This document shows positions 61,166 to 64,000 of a DNA stretch of 64,000 nucleotides, in pieces; positions within the stretch are counted from its first letter, which is position 1, and each line of letters starts with the position of its first letter. Source of the stretch: an uncultured Gemmatimonadales bacterium (GTDB lineage: Bacteria; Gemmatimonadota; Gemmatimonadetes; Longimicrobiales; Gaopeijiaceae); contig CAWELD010000010.1 of the NCBI GenBank assembly GCA_963809895.1, forward strand, positions 416,001 through 480,000. Direction: 5' to 3'. A program made the translations under genes and the position numbers. The notes beneath the pieces are model-generated. The model had not been told where the DNA came from. It did not search any database and saw only the letters and a program-made list of their open reading frames with translations.

Positions 61166-63817
61166 CTACGAGCCGGCGGGCCCCAGTCGGATCTCGGCGG
61201 GAGCACGCCGCCCGGGACCCGCGGGGATGCGCACCTCCAGGAAGGTCAGATCCGGCGAAGCGATGCGCTCACCGACTTCGGCGGGTCCGTCACGCACCTC
61301 CACCGGAATCCCCCGGAGCACCAGCGGGTAGGTGAGCTCGCGCTCGCCCTCGACGGTGAGCAGCCAGCCGTCGCCGTCGCGTGTGAAGTCCACCACGCGA
61401 ATCCCCCGACTCTCCTGACCGGGCGTGAGCTCCACGTAGGGGGCCGCCACCTCGAGTCCGCCGCTCCAGGTGATCCGGACCACGTGCTCGTCGCCGTCCA
61501 GCGGCACCTCCACCGGAAGCGTGCCGTCGTGCGGGCCCTGGGTGACACCGCCCTCGGCGGACTCGCCATCGATCTCGAGCGACACGTCGCGGGCGCCCAG
61601 CGGCACTGACTGCACCAGGTCCAGCACCACCGGTGGTCCCCGGGAGTCCAGCGTCACGACCGCGGTCCCTGCGGCGCGGTAGATGTCCGCATCGATGGCG
61701 GTTTCGCCCACCCGCAGATCCTCCACCACCACGCGGTCCCACTCGGGCGGGAGCTGGGGCGCCAGCGTCGCGTGACCCCGGGGTGCGTCCGGTTCCCATC
61801 CGAGCATCCCCCGGACCAGGGGCGTCACCAGCATGGAGGTGGCGAAGAACTGCTGCGGGACGGTGGCGTCCATGGGCGTGTAATACGCGCCGGACAGGTT
61901 CTCGGGAAAGCGCCCCCGGGACCAGTCGAAGGTGAGCTGCTTGACCGCGTCCACCAGGTGCGCGCCCGCCCAGGGCCGCCGGTATTCGTACTGTCCCCAG
62001 GCCACGAATCCGGTCATGAAGGGCCACACGGCGCCGTTGTTGTAGTGGAGCGGATCGTAGAGGTCGCTCCCCACGGACAGCAGGCGCGCGCCCCAGTCCG
62101 ACGAGATGGAATCGGTGGCCAGCTTGCGCAGCGTGCGCTCGGCCCGGGGCGGGTCCAGGAGCCGGAAGGACAGCGCGGTGCCGGGCCAGGCGGTGAGGTT
62201 GTCGTTGGTGCCGCCGCCCTGGAGGATGCCGAAGGCGTGCTGGTCGTCGCCGGGCCGCCAGTAGCGCTCGTTCAGGGTCGTGAGCGCCGTGCTGCGAATC
62301 CCCCGGGCGCGCTCCGCTAACGCGTCGTCGTCCATGAGATGGGCGAGCTCGTCGGTGGCCTGGAGCGCCTCGATCCACACCGCGGCCAGGTAGATGTCTT
62401 CGTGCAGGTTCTCACCCAGCCCGCCCACTTCGATGGCGCCGTAGCCGCCCACCGTGTTCTCGATGATGCCGTCACCGTCGGTCTCGGCGGTGAGGCACCA
62501 CGCCCACGCCTTCCGGTAGGCGTCCCACAGCTCGCGCACCGTGGCGTCGTCGCCGCTGGCCCGCCAGTACTCCCACAGCGCCACCATCCAGTAGGGCGTG
62601 GTGTCGGCGTGGTAGTAGGGGTAGGGGAAGCGCCGGAACCAGTCGACGTAGGTGGCGGCCTGGCTGATCTCGTGGGGCATCTTGCCGTCGTCGCGCTGGT
62701 ACTTCGCCAGGAAGCGCAGATCCTCGGCCACCAGATCCCACTGGCCCACGGCGTCCATGGCCAGCGAATTGATGGCGGCGTCGCCCCCGAAGAACCAGCC
62801 GAAGCCGGGCCGGGTGCTGGCCGAGCCGCTGGCACCCCAGCCCGCCACCAGCCCGCAGCCCAGGGTGGGATTGCAGACCCGCTGCTCCTCGAGGTTGATC
62901 TTGGCCCACTCCAGCGCCAGGTCCAGGGCATCGTCGGGCGTGTCCACCGTGGTGGTGCTGGCCAGCACCGAGTCGGCCCAGGCGCGGTTCTCCCGGTAGA
63001 TGTCCTGGGCGTGACTCAGCAGGTCGTCGTAGGCGGCGAACACGTCGTCGCGCGATGCGGTGCCGCCGGCCACGGCGATGGGGATGAACTCCCGGGCCGC
63101 CCGGGCCGAATCCACGGGGATGACGAAGGTGGCCGGGGCCTCGGCGAGCTGGTGCGCCGGGTGGGCCTCGCCCTGGGAATCCCACGACGTGCCGATGACC
63201 GCATTGCGCTCCTGCAGGCTCTCGCTCAGGACGAAGGCGTCGTGGTCCTCGTCCCAGAAGACGTACTGCCCGCCGAAGGCCCCGGGCCACATGTACTGGA
63301 GCACCGGCTGGAACTCGACCTCCACCTCCAGCGGCTCGAAGGTGTCCACCTCCAGGAGCACCAGCAGCCCGGGCCGGTCCCGGGGCGCCAGGATGTGCTC
63401 CTTCACGGTGAAGGCCATGTGGCTGTAGGTGATGGTGGTGGCCTCCGGTCGCACCTCGATGGTGCGGGCCACGTTGCTGCCGGCGATGGGCTGCCGATAC
63501 TGGGGCACCTTGAAGCGGAGCTGGAAATCCCTGGCGATCTTCAGGGGATGCACCCACAGCTCCGCGGCTCCGGTTTCCGAGCCCAGCCACGCGCTCCGCG
63601 GGCCGGTCACGCCCAGGTACTGGCCGGGGCGGACCTCCTCCACGAGCGAGATGGGCGACGGCGTGATCTCGAAGCGGGGGACCGAGGGATGCTCGCCCTC
63701 GCCGGGCACATCGGTGCGGCCCACCTGGGCCGAGGCGGGAGACGGCGCCATGAGGCCGGCGACGAGCAGCCCGACCAGGGCTGTAGCGGGGGAGAGACGA
63801 ACGCGGTGGCGAGGCAC
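61166..63817 (-). CDS. Secreted amylo-alpha-1,6-glucosidase / GDE-like six-hairpin glycosidase
   Basis: RPGFGWFFGGDA, GKMPHEI, YYHADTTP, YNNGAVWPF; signal peptide; GAGGAG RBS before GTG. Confidence 0.8.
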   Translation of the reverse strand: MPRHRVRLSPATALVGLLVAGLMAPSPASAQVGRTDVPGEGEHPSVPRFEITPSPISLVEEVRPGQYLGVTGPRSAWLGSETGAAELWVHPLKIARDFQLRFKVPQYRQPIAGSNVARTIEVRPEATTITYSHMAFTVKEHILAPRDRPGLLVLLEVDTFEPLEVEVEFQPVLQYMWPGAFGGQYVFWDEDHDAFVLSESLQERNAVIGTSWDSQGEAHPAHQLAEAPATFVIPVDSARAAREFIPIAVAGGTASRDDVFAAYDDLLSHAQDIYRENRAWADSVLASTTTVDTPDDALDLALEWAKINLEEQRVCNPTLGCGLVAGWGASGSASTRPGFGWFFGGDAAINSLAMDAVGQWDLVAEDLRFLAKYQRDDGKMPHEISQAATYVDWFRRFPYPYYHADTTPYWMVALWEYWRASGDDATVRELWDAYRKAWAWCLTAETDGDGIIENTVGGYGAIEVGGLGENLHEDIYLAAVWIEALQATDELAHLMDDDALAERARGIRSTALTTLNERYWRPGDDQHAFGILQGGGTNDNLTAWPGTALSFRLLDPPRAERTLRKLATDSISSDWGARLLSVGSDLYDPLHYNNGAVWPFMTGFVAWGQYEYRRPWAGAHLVDAVKQLTFDWSRGRFPENLSGAYYTPMDATVPQQFFATSMLVTPLVRGMLGWEPDAPRGHATLAPQLPPEWDRVVVEDLRVGETAIDADIYRAAGTAVVTLDSRGPPVVLDLVQSVPLGARDVSLEIDGESAEGGVTQGPHDGTLPVEVPLDGDEHVVRITWSGGLEVAAPYVELTPGQESRGIRVVDFTRDGDGWLLTVEGERELTYPLVLRGIPVEVRDGPAEVGERIASPDLTFLEVRIPAGPGRRAPAEIRLGPAGS

Positions 63818-63890
63818 TCCGGCTCCTCGTGGTTGGGGGACGGGGACCCTCCGACACTACTCCCGACGCCAGGCCGGCGACAGGGCAGCC

Positions 63891-63931
63891 TTGACGGCAG
63901 GCGCGCTTTAAATTCAAATTAAATAAAAATA
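63891..63931. promoter_or_regulatory. Divergent promoter/operator region with an almost pure A/T tract
   Basis: TTGACG at 63891, then TTTAAATTCAAATTAAATAAAAATA containing TTTAA/TTAAA inverted arms. Confidence 0.5.
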
Positions 63932-63956
63932 TCCCTCCTTCAACTTGAGCCGTGCC

Positions 63957-64000
63957 ATGGCATCCCACCTCACCGACCTCGAGCAACTCCTGCTGCTGGC
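63957..64000 (+). CDS. Start of a probable PadR-family transcriptional regulator (3'-truncated)
   Basis: MASHLTDLEQLLLLA resembles the LGEFEQLVLLA N-terminus of PadR-like proteins; only 15 codons are visible. Confidence 0.45.
   Translation, partial: MASHLTDLEQLLLL

Overview
A very GC-rich bacterial chromosomal segment. Gene content and protein style suggest Gemmatimonadota, but this is an inference with no marker-gene phylogeny behind it. About 49 densely packed genes are supported. Housekeeping genes include gyrA, metG, accA, a RicT/PSP1 protein, a FadB/FadJ-type beta-oxidation enzyme, mtgA and a threonine dehydratase. Many secreted or lipoprotein hydrolases are present: M1, M14, M23 and degenerate M16 peptidases, an amidohydrolase, a glycosylasparaginase and two six-hairpin glycosidases. 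There are also transporters, a rearranged MocA/XdhC/DUF402 molybdenum-cofactor cluster and a multicopper-oxidase cluster. No rRNA, tRNA, transposase, integrase, cas gene or convincing CRISPR array was found. The strongest finding is a two-gene, translationally coupled, non-cellulosomal cohesin-dockerin system (41341-44960): a lipoprotein stalk of nine Ig/PKD-like repeats tipped by a cohesin-like domain, then a small secreted dockerin protein with no enzyme domain, behind a sigma54-like promoter. Other leads are a GT2 resembling eukaryotic queuosine-tRNA galactosyltransferase (B3GNTL1/QTGAL), a 74-nt four-way-junction RNA candidate, a nested palindromic intergenic repeat, a response regulator fused to a degenerate PIG-L domain, and four +1 frameshifts in 58.3-61.1 kb that are probably consensus errors. 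All family calls come from motif recognition by eye; no database searches were run.
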